32,000 nucleotides of DNA, taken from positions 27,878 to 59,877 of the forward strand of contig DATIJT010000022.1 in assembly GCA_035478435.1 (NCBI GenBank), read 5' to 3'. Shown here in pieces: positions 8,807-16,711 of this stretch. Origin of the DNA: Candidatus Saccharimonadales bacterium (lineage in GTDB: Bacteria; Patescibacteriota; Saccharimonadia; Saccharimonadales; UBA4665). Below the pieces are notes generated by a model, which did no database searches, was not told the origin of the DNA, and worked only from the letters and a program-made list of their open reading frames with translations. Both the position numbers and the translations under genes were made by a program. Positions within the stretch are counted from its first letter, which is position 1; each line of letters opens with the position of its first letter.

Positions 8807-10675
8807 TTAATACAAAGCGGCGGCGGCAGGCATTTTGGAGCCTTTGAGGATTTCAGCGACTTCGGGAGCGTCAACGGTTTCTTTGGCTAGCAAGCGGTCT
8901 TTTAGGGCTTCCAGGTGTTCGAGGTTGGCTTTGATGACTGCCCTAGCGCGGTTGCCGGCTTCTTTTATCAGCGCTTCAACTTCTTCGTCTATGACTTTAG
9001 CAGTTTCGTCCGAATATTCGCGTTCGTGGACCAAGCGGTCGAGCATCATGCCGTCGTCAACGTGGAAAACTTGGTCGCGCAGTTTTTTGCCCATGCCCTG
9101 GTTGACGACCATGTCGCGAGCGATTTCGGCTGATTTTTGCAGGTCGTTGCTGGCACCGGTGGTCACTTTGTCCAGTCCCAAAATTACTTCTTCGGCAATC
9201 CGGCCGCCCAGGCCGCGAGCCAACATGTCTTTGAATTGGATGATCGATACAAACATCCGGTCTTCCGGCGGGATAAACCAGGTCACACCGCCGGTGCCGC
9301 CGCGGGGGATGATGGTGACTTTGTGGACCGGGTCGCTATCTGGCAGTACGTGGCCAACCAGGGCGTGGCCGGCTTCGTGGTAAGCAGTGGTGATTTTGTC
9401 GGCCTCCGTCATGACTTTGCTCTTGCGCTCCGGGCCGATGGCTACGCGTTCGAAAGCTTCGGTGACATCGCTTTGGGAAATCTGACTGTGGTTGTAACGG
9501 GCGGCGATGATGGCCGATTCGTTGGCGATGTTAGCCAGGTCGGCGCCCGAGCTGCCGGCGCTTTTAGCCGCCAGGGCGTCCAGGTCAACATCTTTAGCCA
9601 GTGGTTTTTTAGCGAAGTGCACTTTCAAGATGGCTTCACGGTCTTTACGGTCAGGCAAGCTAATGTTTACCCGCCGGTCGAACCGCCCGGGACGCAGTAG
9701 CGCCGGGTCCAGTACGTCGGCCCGGTTGGTGGCCGCTAGCACAATGACGTTTTGGCCTTGCTCGAAGCCGTCCATCTCTACCAAAATCTGGTTCAAAGTT
9801 TGCTCGCGCTCATCGTGCCCGCCGCCCATACCACTGCCGCGACGGCGGCCAACGGCGTCGATTTCGTCTATGAAAATGATGCAGGGGGCGTTTTTCTTGG
9901 CTTTGGCGAACAGGTCACGCACCCGTGAGGCGCCCACGCCCACGAACATCTCCACGAATTCCGAACCGGAGATGCTAAAAAACGGTACGTTAGCTTCACC
10001 GGCGGCTGCGCGGGCCAACAAAGTTTTACCGGTGCCGGGCGGGCCGACCAAAAGTACGCCTTTAGGAATGCGGGCGCCCATGCTGGCGAACTTTTTGGGG
10101 AATTTCAAAAATTCCACGACTTCCTGGAGGTCTTGCTTGGCTTCGTCGCTGCCGGCCACACCGTCAAAAGTGACCTTTTCCTTTTCATTGCCGTACAGCC
10201 GAGCCCGGCTTTTGCCAAAACTCAGCGCCTGGTTGCCCTGGCCCTGGGCGCTCCTGAGCATAAAAAACAGTACGGCGCTGATGATGACCACCGGCACTAC
10301 CGTCTCGCCAACCGCTACCCAGGGTGAAGTGCCGTTGGAGGTCGGTTTGTAGGTGACTTGTAGTTTCTTCAGATCAAAACCTTGCTCCTTCAGGCTGGCG
10401 TTCGGGTCAATATGGGTGGTTACGGACGGTGTTTTATCGCCCCTCTTGGTAATATCGAGCTGGTTACCATTAACTGCCACTGCGGAATATTTGCCGTTAT
10501 TGGCTTCCTGGACAGCGGTAGTCAGGGGGATTTCATTAGCATTTTTTTGTTGGCCATAAGCCGCTATGACAATTAGTCCAAACAAGATAATCAGGGCTAT
10601 AAAGCCAGCGTTCTTAACGCCCCGGCTACCTTTACCTGGTTTATTATCTCTGGAGCGCAAGGGTTTTTTATCCAT
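8807..10675 (-). CDS. ftsH: ATP-dependent zinc metalloprotease FtsH
   Basis: N-terminal TM pair, Walker A GPPGTGKT, Walker [10 protein letters not shown], second region of homology, zinc site HEAGHAL. Confidence 0.97.
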   Translation of the reverse strand: MDKKPLRSRDNKPGKGSRGVKNAGFIALIILFGLIVIAAYGQQKNANEIPLTTAVQEANNGKYSAVAVNGNQLDITKRGDKTPSVTTHIDPNASLKEQGFDLKKLQVTYKPTSNGTSPWVAVGETVVPVVIISAVLFFMLRSAQGQGNQALSFGKSRARLYGNEKEKVTFDGVAGSDEAKQDLQEVVEFLKFPKKFASMGARIPKGVLLVGPPGTGKTLLARAAAGEANVPFFSISGSEFVEMFVGVGASRVRDLFAKAKKNAPCIIFIDEIDAVGRRRGSGMGGGHDEREQTLNQILVEMDGFEQGQNVIVLAATNRADVLDPALLRPGRFDRRVNISLPDRKDREAILKVHFAKKPLAKDVDLDALAAKSAGSSGADLANIANESAIIAARYNHSQISQSDVTEAFERVAIGPERKSKVMTEADKITTAYHEAGHALVGHVLPDSDPVHKVTIIPRGGTGGVTWFIPPEDRMFVSIIQFKDMLARGLGGRIAEEVILGLDKVTTGASNDLQKSAEIARDMVVNQGMGKKLRDQVFHVDDGMMLDRLVHEREYSDETAKVIDEEVEALIKEAGNRARAVIKANLEHLEALKDRLLAKETVDAPEVAEILKGSKMPAAAALY

Positions 10676-10709
10676 ACCGGGTTATTATACCGCCCTCTAA
10701 TATTTTTGG

Positions 10710-11642
10710 CTAGCGCTCAGTGTGTTTGAGTGCCAAAAATTCTTTGCCTATTTGCAAGGACAGTCCTTGCAAAACGTCTAGCTGTTTGCCTGGCAAGCTG
10801 ATTTTAGACCCGATCACTAATCTCTCCAGCGTCCGGCGGTCAAAATTCGGCACACCCCCTGCCCTGAGCCAAGCCGCCATGATTTCTCTGGCCACGGCAT
10901 GCGGTAAACTAACAAACCATTGGCGGTCAAGCTGGCCGCTTTTAGGCTGAAGATGTAAGTGATTTGTAAGCGCCTGGTCAAGTTCGTCGTTAAGCCGTTT
11001 GGCAGTGACCAAAATCTCTAGTAGCTTCTGCCGGTCACTCTCCTGGAGTCGCGGCATCAAGCGGTGACGGATATGGTTGCGCAAATAATTCAAATCAGTA
11101 TTTGTTGGGTCCTCCCGCCAGTCCAAACTATGGCTTTCGGCGTGATCAATAATTGCTTGTTTAGATATATCAAGTAAAGGCCGTCTTAAGTCATGGTTTG
11201 AAGCCAATGACGAAAGGCCTTTGCGCCCGGTGCCCCGGACTAAATTCAAGATGGCCGTTTCCAACAAATCGTCTTGGTGATGAGCCGTGATGATAGCCCT
11301 GGCGCCACTGGCACGCTGGACTTTGCGTAAAAATTGGTACCTGGCAGCCCTGGCAGTGGCCTCGCTGGCGTCCGGCCCTAAACGGCCTTCATCGTACACA
11401 AATGGCAAACCATATTTTCTAGCTAAAGCTTGGACGAACTGTCGGTCTTGGCTAGAGTCTTCACGAATTCCGTGGTCGAAATGAGCGACAATTAGTTGAA
11501 GGTCGAAGGTCGAAGGTCGAAAGCCTTGAACTTTGGACTTTGGACTTTGGACCTGTTTTGCGAGCAAGGCGAGCAAAACCACGGAGTCTACCCCACCGCT
11601 CACCGCTACCACATACTTACCTGACTCAAGTTCAATATCCAT
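10710..11642 (-). CDS. tilS: tRNA(Ile)-lysidine synthase
   Basis: PP-loop VAVSGGVDSVVLL followed by AHFDHGIR and a TAHHQDD block. Length and order fit TilS. Carries an unusual repeat-encoded insertion (see findings). Confidence 0.85.
   Translation of the reverse strand: MDIELESGKYVVAVSGGVDSVVLLALLAKQVQSPKSKVQGFRPSTFDLQLIVAHFDHGIREDSSQDRQFVQALARKYGLPFVYDEGRLGPDASEATARAARYQFLRKVQRASGARAIITAHHQDDLLETAILNLVRGTGRKGLSSLASNHDLRRPLLDISKQAIIDHAESHSLDWREDPTNTDLNYLRNHIRHRLMPRLQESDRQKLLEILVTAKRLNDELDQALTNHLHLQPKSGQLDRQWFVSLPHAVAREIMAAWLRAGGVPNFDRRTLERLVIGSKISLPGKQLDVLQGLSLQIGKEFLALKHTER
11498..11551. repeat. two 3x heptamer tandem repeats in inverted, imperfectly complementary arrangement, inside tilS
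   Basis: GAAGGTC x3 (11498-11518) then a spacer then CTTTGGA x3 (11531-11551). Each block is 21 nt, so the reading frame is kept. Confidence 0.9.
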
Positions 11643-11646
11643 AAGT

Positions 11647-12090
11647 TTACTTAAGTCTTTTAACTATATCGGCAGCTTTGCCACGAAGCGGAATAGGATT
11701 CATACCAATTATTTCTTCTAAGAAAGCTGATTCACTAGGCATGTCGTTTAGGATAAAAATCGGTTTGTTGAGGTAAAAAGCCAGCGCCATTTCCATCAGC
11801 ACATTGCCGCCGATGTAGTTTGGTTTCCCGTGCTTTTCATGGTTGAGCACCAATATGGCGTCGCCTTTAGCGACTTCATCAAAATGGCCGCTCATCAGCG
11901 CCGTCTTTTTGTGGTAATCGCCGGCATCGCCAAACCAGGTTTTGTAATGGCCAACATCGTAGTCATCGGCCGCTTCCATGCGCAATGCCGTTGCTGGCAC
12001 AATGACTTTATAGCCCAGGCTCTCAAGTTGTTCTTTTAATTCTATTGCCTGTTTGTAAAAATTAGCGCTCGAACAAATGGTGATGGTCAT
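11647..12090 (-). CDS. nucleoside 2-deoxyribosyltransferase-like Rossmann-fold protein (tentative)
   Basis: Start taken at MTITICSS (12090) because TATAAT lies 7 nt upstream; the longer ORF to 12138 would include that promoter. The C-terminal YIGGNVLMEMALAFYLNKPIF block resembles that family. Confidence 0.4.
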   Translation of the reverse strand: MTITICSSANFYKQAIELKEQLESLGYKVIVPATALRMEAADDYDVGHYKTWFGDAGDYHKKTALMSGHFDEVAKGDAILVLNHEKHGKPNYIGGNVLMEMALAFYLNKPIFILNDMPSESAFLEEIIGMNPIPLRGKAADIVKRLK

Positions 12091-12162
12091 GGCAATTATT
12101 ATACTAGCTAGGTTCATCAAACCTAGAAAGCCATCCACGTATTTTCAGTTAATATTTAAAGT

Positions 12163-12329
12163 TATAGCAACCCCAAAACAAAACGTGTCTTTTCCAGCCT
12201 GATGGATCAGTGAGTCAGAAACTGTCATTTCCGAGTGAGGCATATCTATAGATACGTTGAGTGAGGAATGACAGTTTCTGACTGCTGAGGCGCGGGCTGG
12301 AATGTGCGTTTTGTTTTGGGGTTGCTATA
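12163..12329. repeat. 167-nt long hairpin element (E1)
   Basis: Perfect 23-bp outer helix 12163-12185 / 12307-12329. Perfect 8-bp helix 12192-12199 / 12295-12302. Perfect 16-bp helix 12214-12229 / 12267-12282. Apical palindrome ATCTATAGAT flanked by direct GAGTGAGG copies (12233-12240, 12259-12266). Confidence 0.9.
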
Positions 12330-12347
12330 TGTCTGTATAATTACCAT

Positions 12348-12944
12348 ATGTCTGAACGGTGTTACTTAACCATACTGGGATTACCAGCGGTAGGTAAATC
12401 TTCGGTGGCTAAACATGTAGCCTCTACTTTAGGCTTTAGCGTAGCTAGTAGCGGTGAGGTACTACGAACCCTGGCTGCCGAAAGGGGGCAAGCTTTAGAA
12501 AAGCGAAGCGATTACGCTAGCTTCCAGCGACAGGTGAGACACGATTTAGGAGAAACGGCTCTTATAGACATGTTGCTAGCCACTCCTGGCGATGGCCTTG
12601 TGATTGACTCTGTGCGCAACATTGGTGACTACATCCGCTTCAAGCAAGTGGGTGGCCAATCTATCGCCCTATTTTGTGATCCAAGGATCAGCTATGGCTT
12701 TGCCAGCAAGCGCCGTGATATTAAAGATTCTATCGGTACCGAGGAAGAATTCGTCGCGGCTTGCCGGGCTGAATATCACGAAACTTTGCCTAACGGCCAG
12801 ACCGATCCCTATGGATTACATACTTATACAATCATGTTAAATGCTGATCATATCATCCCAGCCGACGTTTCACTGGGTGTCGTCAAGAAAGAAGTTATGG
12901 CCGTCATAGAACAGCACGTTCTTAAGCTACCACTTGATACCTAG
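12348..12944 (+). CDS. P-loop nucleotide kinase-like protein
   Basis: Walker A GLPAVGKSS near the N-terminus. The 198-aa size fits small NMP/nucleoside kinases, but the specific family is not recognised. Confidence 0.45.
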   Translation: MSERCYLTILGLPAVGKSSVAKHVASTLGFSVASSGEVLRTLAAERGQALEKRSDYASFQRQVRHDLGETALIDMLLATPGDGLVIDSVRNIGDYIRFKQVGGQSIALFCDPRISYGFASKRRDIKDSIGTEEEFVAACRAEYHETLPNGQTDPYGLHTYTIMLNADHIIPADVSLGVVKKEVMAVIEQHVLKLPLDT

Positions 12945-12995
12945 CCAACAGATGTAAATCGTGTTATATTTGCCTGAGCACTTAATCGTAAATGT

Positions 12996-13163
12996 CGCAA
13001 CGCACGCATTTGGATGCTGGACTAGGCGCTTACGAGAAGCGTAGCGAAATGTATTTAACATACATAGAGCGAGCATCGGAGTAAGCAACAACGTCCAGCG
13101 CCAAAAGCATCAGCAGAGTCGTCAGCTCTGCTGGCGAGCAGGCTGATGCGATGCGTGCGTTAC
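12996..13163 (+). repeat. ~168-nt branched hairpin element (E3) abutting the 5' end of tRNA-Met
   Basis: 11-bp closing helix 12999-13009 / 13151-13161 encloses hairpin A (13016-13099, with 7-, 6- and 6-bp helices) and hairpin B (13107-13149, 8-bp helices). Confidence 0.8.
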
Positions 13164-13239
13164 GCCAGGGTAGCTCAGTGGTTAGAGCACAGGACTCATA
13201 AGCCTGGGGTCGTGAGTTCAAATCTCACCCCTGGTACCA
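13164..13239 (+). tRNA. tRNA-Met (CAU), elongator type, CCA encoded
   Basis: Cloverleaf: acceptor GCCAGGG/CCCTGGT, D arm GCTC..GAGC, anticodon loop CTCATAA, T arm GTGAG-TTCAAAT-CTCAC, ACCA tail. The GAGCAC...GGGGTC pattern resembles elongator tRNA-Met. Confidence 0.9.
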
Positions 13240-13300
13240 AGCATAAGCATTATCACTTCCTCTCCATAAGGTCATTTTTATTTTTTGTTATGCTTATGTT

Positions 13301-14143
13301 ATGAACTTCTTATTCCCGCTTGCAACTATCGTTAGCTGGAGTATAGCTACAATCCTAGATAAGCTTAACTATACCCGTAATCGGATTGCTCCTAAGCAAC
13401 TGATGCTAATAGTATTTACGGGCATGTCGCTTTCGCTGGCTTTGTATATTGTCATCACCCACAAACCTTTCCCAAACTTTTCGCCGGTCGCGCTGGGCCT
13501 ATTAGGCTTAATCGGTCTCATTTCTTTCTTAGGCAACGTCTTTGACTACTTTAGCCTTAAGGCCAACGATTTACCACTAAGAGAGCCTATCGTGGATTTC
13601 GAGCCTATCTGGGCAGGTTTAGTCGGCTACGCTTTTCTGCCCAGTGAGCGTAAACCCGCTTATTTGGTGATTTTTGCTTTGGGCGCTCTTATTCTTTATA
13701 TCGGCATGCATCGAATAAAGCTGCGTCGGTTGCAGAAGGAGGGAGTATGGTACCTGCTGCTTTCGACGTTTTTCTACGGCCTGTTGCCGGTTATATACAA
13801 GCACGCCCTAAACTACCTCAGCCCAGAGTACATTAGCCTATTCCGCGTAGTCGCTATCTTGCTCCTTTGTAGCATATTCTTGCACGGCAAAAAATCCCGT
13901 AGCCACTCACTCAGCAAGGTCACTTACGGCTTGTCATCGGGAGCGATAGCCGCCGTTGGAGCAGTGGCCAATTTATATGCTATCCAATACTTAGGCGTAG
14001 TTGTAACTATGCTTTTCTTGGCGACCGGGCCGGCGCTGCGTTACCTGGCAAGCTACTTCATTTTGAGCGAAAAAGTCCGTCGCGTAGAAGTTATGTCCAG
14101 CTTTCTGCTGATAGCCGTTGTTTTGGTCGGTGTTGCTATATAA
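13301..14143 (+). CDS. EamA/DMT-family transporter-like membrane protein
   Basis: 280 aa with about 10 TM segments in two similar halves, typical of drug/metabolite transporter architecture. Confidence 0.55.
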   Translation: MNFLFPLATIVSWSIATILDKLNYTRNRIAPKQLMLIVFTGMSLSLALYIVITHKPFPNFSPVALGLLGLIGLISFLGNVFDYFSLKANDLPLREPIVDFEPIWAGLVGYAFLPSERKPAYLVIFALGALILYIGMHRIKLRRLQKEGVWYLLLSTFFYGLLPVIYKHALNYLSPEYISLFRVVAILLLCSIFLHGKKSRSHSLSKVTYGLSSGAIAAVGAVANLYAIQYLGVVVTMLFLATGPALRYLASYFILSEKVRRVEVMSSFLLIAVVLVGVAI

Positions 14144-14219
14144 TCAGAAGCCCTTCTAAGGATTGCTCCGAAGGGCGAAAAGATGCTTACAATAAAGCGA
14201 CCAGAGACTGTTTGAACAA

Positions 14220-14261
14220 ATAAGCCTGAGGTTGCGAGTTCGAGTCTCACCCCTGGTACCA
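14220..14261 (+). pseudogene. tRNA-Met 3'-half fragment (anticodon-loop to CCA), diverged copy
   Basis: ATAAGCCTGAGGTTGCGAGTTCGAGTCTCACCCCTGGTACCA aligns to 13198-13239 of the intact tRNA with 5 mismatches. No matching 5' half lies upstream, and the T stem carries a C-A mismatch. Confidence 0.75.
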
Positions 14262-14273
14262 AAAACCTGAAGA

Positions 14274-15032
14274 TCATAACCTTGGATAAATGAGATATAA
14301 ATAATAAAACGTAAAAATTACGGCGCAGGCTAGGCTAGATAAACGATCGAGGTATCCGCCATGTCCGGGTATGCCGTTACTCCATTCTTTAATATCTAGT
14401 TTGCGCTTAACAAAGCTGTTAAGTAAATCACCGGCAGCACTGCCTATACCAATCGGTAAGAATATTAGGCGCGAGAAAGATTGAGTTATAAAGATCCATA
14501 CCAAAAGCGTGCCAATAAACGCGCCCAAAAACTGACCAAAAACGCCTTCCCAGCTTTTATTAGAGTTTAATATTGATGGCAATTTATGCTTGCCTAGATA
14601 GTTCCCCAAAAAGAAAGCCACCACATCCGACAAAACCGAGGCGAAAGCAATAGCAATTAATAACGTGGCTGAGCTTTTAGGGTGTGCCAGTCCCAGAAAG
14701 TAGAAATGCAACAGGGCAAAACTAAAAATTAGATAATACAGACTTACAAGATACAGGTGACCTTTGGTTTTTACCGCAACTACAACTTCACGAAGAACCA
14801 GTAGTAATAGAGTGCAAATTACAATTAGTCGCCCCAAACCTGGCAAGTAGAGAAAAGTAACGAAAATTAAAAAAATGGGCAGCCATAAAAGGATTTTAAT
14901 GAAAAGTCTGGAACTTATGAACGCGCGAAGATCAAATCGGAAGAGCGGTAATGTTAAAGCTGTGCTGAGTGCAAATAGTATACAAAATAGTATGCTAACG
15001 CGCTCTATTGGTAATCCGTATAAATTAGTCAT
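14274..15032 (-). CDS. cdsA: phosphatidate cytidylyltransferase (CDP-diglyceride synthase)
   Basis: C-terminal signature GDLLNSFVKRKLDIKEWSNGIPGHGGYLDRLSS. Polytopic. Start overlaps the plsY stop. Confidence 0.85.
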   Translation of the reverse strand: MTNLYGLPIERVSILFCILFALSTALTLPLFRFDLRAFISSRLFIKILLWLPIFLIFVTFLYLPGLGRLIVICTLLLLVLREVVVAVKTKGHLYLVSLYYLIFSFALLHFYFLGLAHPKSSATLLIAIAFASVLSDVVAFFLGNYLGKHKLPSILNSNKSWEGVFGQFLGAFIGTLLVWIFITQSFSRLIFLPIGIGSAAGDLLNSFVKRKLDIKEWSNGIPGHGGYLDRLSSLACAVIFTFYYLYLIYPRL

Positions 15033-15615
15033 CGTAAATAATTGATTTTGCTCTAATTCGCATAATATTGGTCCTATGCGTCCAAGAAGCGAACACCGCG
15101 AGTCCTAAGTAATACCAAACAAATTCAGGTGCTATTCTTATACATAACAAGGGTAGTGCCCAGCTACTAGTAATTGAAGCGACTGAGGATCTCCTAGCCA
15201 AGACAATAGTAGATAAATAGACCATTAAGCCAGCCAGCGCGAGTAGCGGACTAATCGCCAGCGTAACCCCTAAACCGGTAGCAATTCCCTTGCCTCCTTT
15301 GAATTTAAGCCAAACCGGAAAAACATTTCCTAAAATTGCTAGCGCTCCGGCCAAGAAAATGGGTGTCTGCCCCGGTAATATTTGCCTGGATATATAAACT
15401 GCAAGAAATCCTTTGAAAGCATCCCCGGCTAGAACAATCAGGGCCGGCTTCCAGCCGAGAACACGTACGGCATTCGCGAAGCCTATATTGCCGCTGCCTG
15501 CCTTCTGAATGTCGACGCCATAATGGTTGCCAACAATTTTCCCTGTTGGGATTGATCCTAGCAGGTATGCCAAAACACTAATAAAAAGAGTCTGTAAGAA
15601 CATCATAAATACCAA
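15025..15615 (-). CDS. plsY: glycerol-3-phosphate acyltransferase PlsY
   Basis: YLLGSIPTG and GSGNIGFANAVR motifs. 196 aa with about 5 TM segments. Confidence 0.85.
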   Translation of the reverse strand: MVFMMFLQTLFISVLAYLLGSIPTGKIVGNHYGVDIQKAGSGNIGFANAVRVLGWKPALIVLAGDAFKGFLAVYISRQILPGQTPIFLAGALAILGNVFPVWLKFKGGKGIATGLGVTLAISPLLALAGLMVYLSTIVLARRSSVASITSSWALPLLCIRIAPEFVWYYLGLAVFASWTHRTNIMRIRAKSIIYDD

Positions 15616-15654
15616 CTTGCTTTATGCTACACTAAATAAAAAGAAGAGGGTAGA

Positions 15655-16314
15655 ATGCTAGCTTCGATGGGTTTCGGGATAACAGGTATCTTGTTTATCA
15701 TATTCGCTCTGGGCGTCCGGTCTTCGCTTGACCAAAAAAATAAGGCAATCTCTAGGCATTATTCAAGGGCTTATCTTCTACTCGCAGCGTCCTTTATTTT
15801 TTGGAGCATAGCAAGCGCTATAGGAAGTCGAGGGTTACTGGCCTTTTCGGTGGTCGTAGGAGACATTCTTATCTTGATCGCCACAATGCTGATACTCAAT
15901 ATACTTCTAGGATCCAGTCCCCGAAAAAACCTATGGCTTATTGGTGCTGGCGCCATTGGGATTGCCCTACTACTTGTTAGAACCATATTCTTCTATCCCA
16001 AGCCTTTTATGACAGATGGAATACTGTTCTTTAACTCCCAGCGCCTGGTTTCGTTTACGCTCACAGCTGTATTTCTGCTAATTTGGTTGCCCGTAAATCT
16101 GCGGATTGCCCAAATGATGACGGGCAATTTGCAGTCGCAAACATTGATCTATAAGCTTCTATATACGACCGCGACTCTTTCCGCGGCTATATTTTTACTA
16201 GCTAAAACACCGCTGGCAGTGAGTCTTTCATTTACAGCTATCTCGGTATCATTTTTATCTTTGGTCGTTTCTAACTTTTATGCTGAAAGAATGGGGGTTG
16301 GCCATGCAAGATGA
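15655..16314 (+). CDS. hypothetical polytopic membrane protein
   Basis: 219 aa with about 6 TM segments. First gene of a 4-gene overlapping string. Confidence 0.5.
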   Translation: MLASMGFGITGILFIIFALGVRSSLDQKNKAISRHYSRAYLLLAASFIFWSIASAIGSRGLLAFSVVVGDILILIATMLILNILLGSSPRKNLWLIGAGAIGIALLLVRTIFFYPKPFMTDGILFFNSQRLVSFTLTAVFLLIWLPVNLRIAQMMTGNLQSQTLIYKLLYTTATLSAAIFLLAKTPLAVSLSFTAISVSFLSLVVSNFYAERMGVGHAR

Positions 16315-16705
16315 CCAGCCGGTAATTTCCCCGCAGACTAACACTGATAGTTTCCAATCTCCCCCTCCTGCTCCGCCAACAAGTCTTAATAACGTCCAAA
16401 CGCCTCGGGATAGTTACAATACTACTAGCATTGTCATATTTGTCCTTTTGCTTCTTACCTTTTTCTCTCCGTTAGGTTCTATCTTGTTTTTGCCAATAGT
16501 ACTAGTAGGCCTTTTTTACGCAGTGACCCATGCCCGCAAAACGACAAACCCAACTTATCAGGACAGCGCTCCGCCCAGAGGTATCATATTTACCGTACTT
16601 AAGGTTTTGATGATCGTTGGATTAGTCATTGGCGCGGGTTTTCTTCTTTTGATAGGATTTTTCTTTATTCTATTTTCTACGGGCGGTGGACGAATGGGCT
16701 CTTAG
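16304..16705 (+). CDS. hypothetical membrane protein with Pro-rich N-terminus
   Basis: The ORF could also start at 16280; MQDDQ at 16304 is chosen arbitrarily. Three hydrophobic segments. Confidence 0.45.
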   Translation: MQDDQPVISPQTNTDSFQSPPPAPPTSLNNVQTPRDSYNTTSIVIFVLLLLTFFSPLGSILFLPIVLVGLFYAVTHARKTTNPTYQDSAPPRGIIFTVLKVLMIVGLVIGAGFLLLIGFFFILFSTGGGRMGS

Positions 16706-16711
16706 CAGAGC

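Noticed and set aside
8835-10576. Multiple plus-strand ORFs (up to 281 aa) opposite ftsH.
   Set aside because: They are antisense to a complete FtsH carrying all catalytic motifs. Their composition (Ser/Arg/Ala/Pro runs) is typical of shadow frames in moderately GC-rich genes.
12199-12225. Hammerhead-like words CTGATGG ... GAAAC in E1, and CGAAAC in E2.
   Set aside because: The core is incomplete: G replaces the conserved A9 and no stem II hairpin lies between the boxes on either strand.
13030-13221. Minus-strand 63-aa ORF. Also 14053-14277 (74 aa) and 24261-24497 (78 aa).
   Set aside because: They translate across tRNA genes, a tRNA fragment or hairpin element E3, so they are artefacts of structured RNA sequence.
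14200-14261. Possibility that the tRNA-like 3' end is a complete minimal tRNA or the 3' end of tmRNA.
   Set aside because: Only 62 nt are available from a weak ACCAGAG acceptor partner, with no D arm or anticodon arm. A tmRNA body would have to overlap the EamA-like CDS. It is best explained as a fragment.
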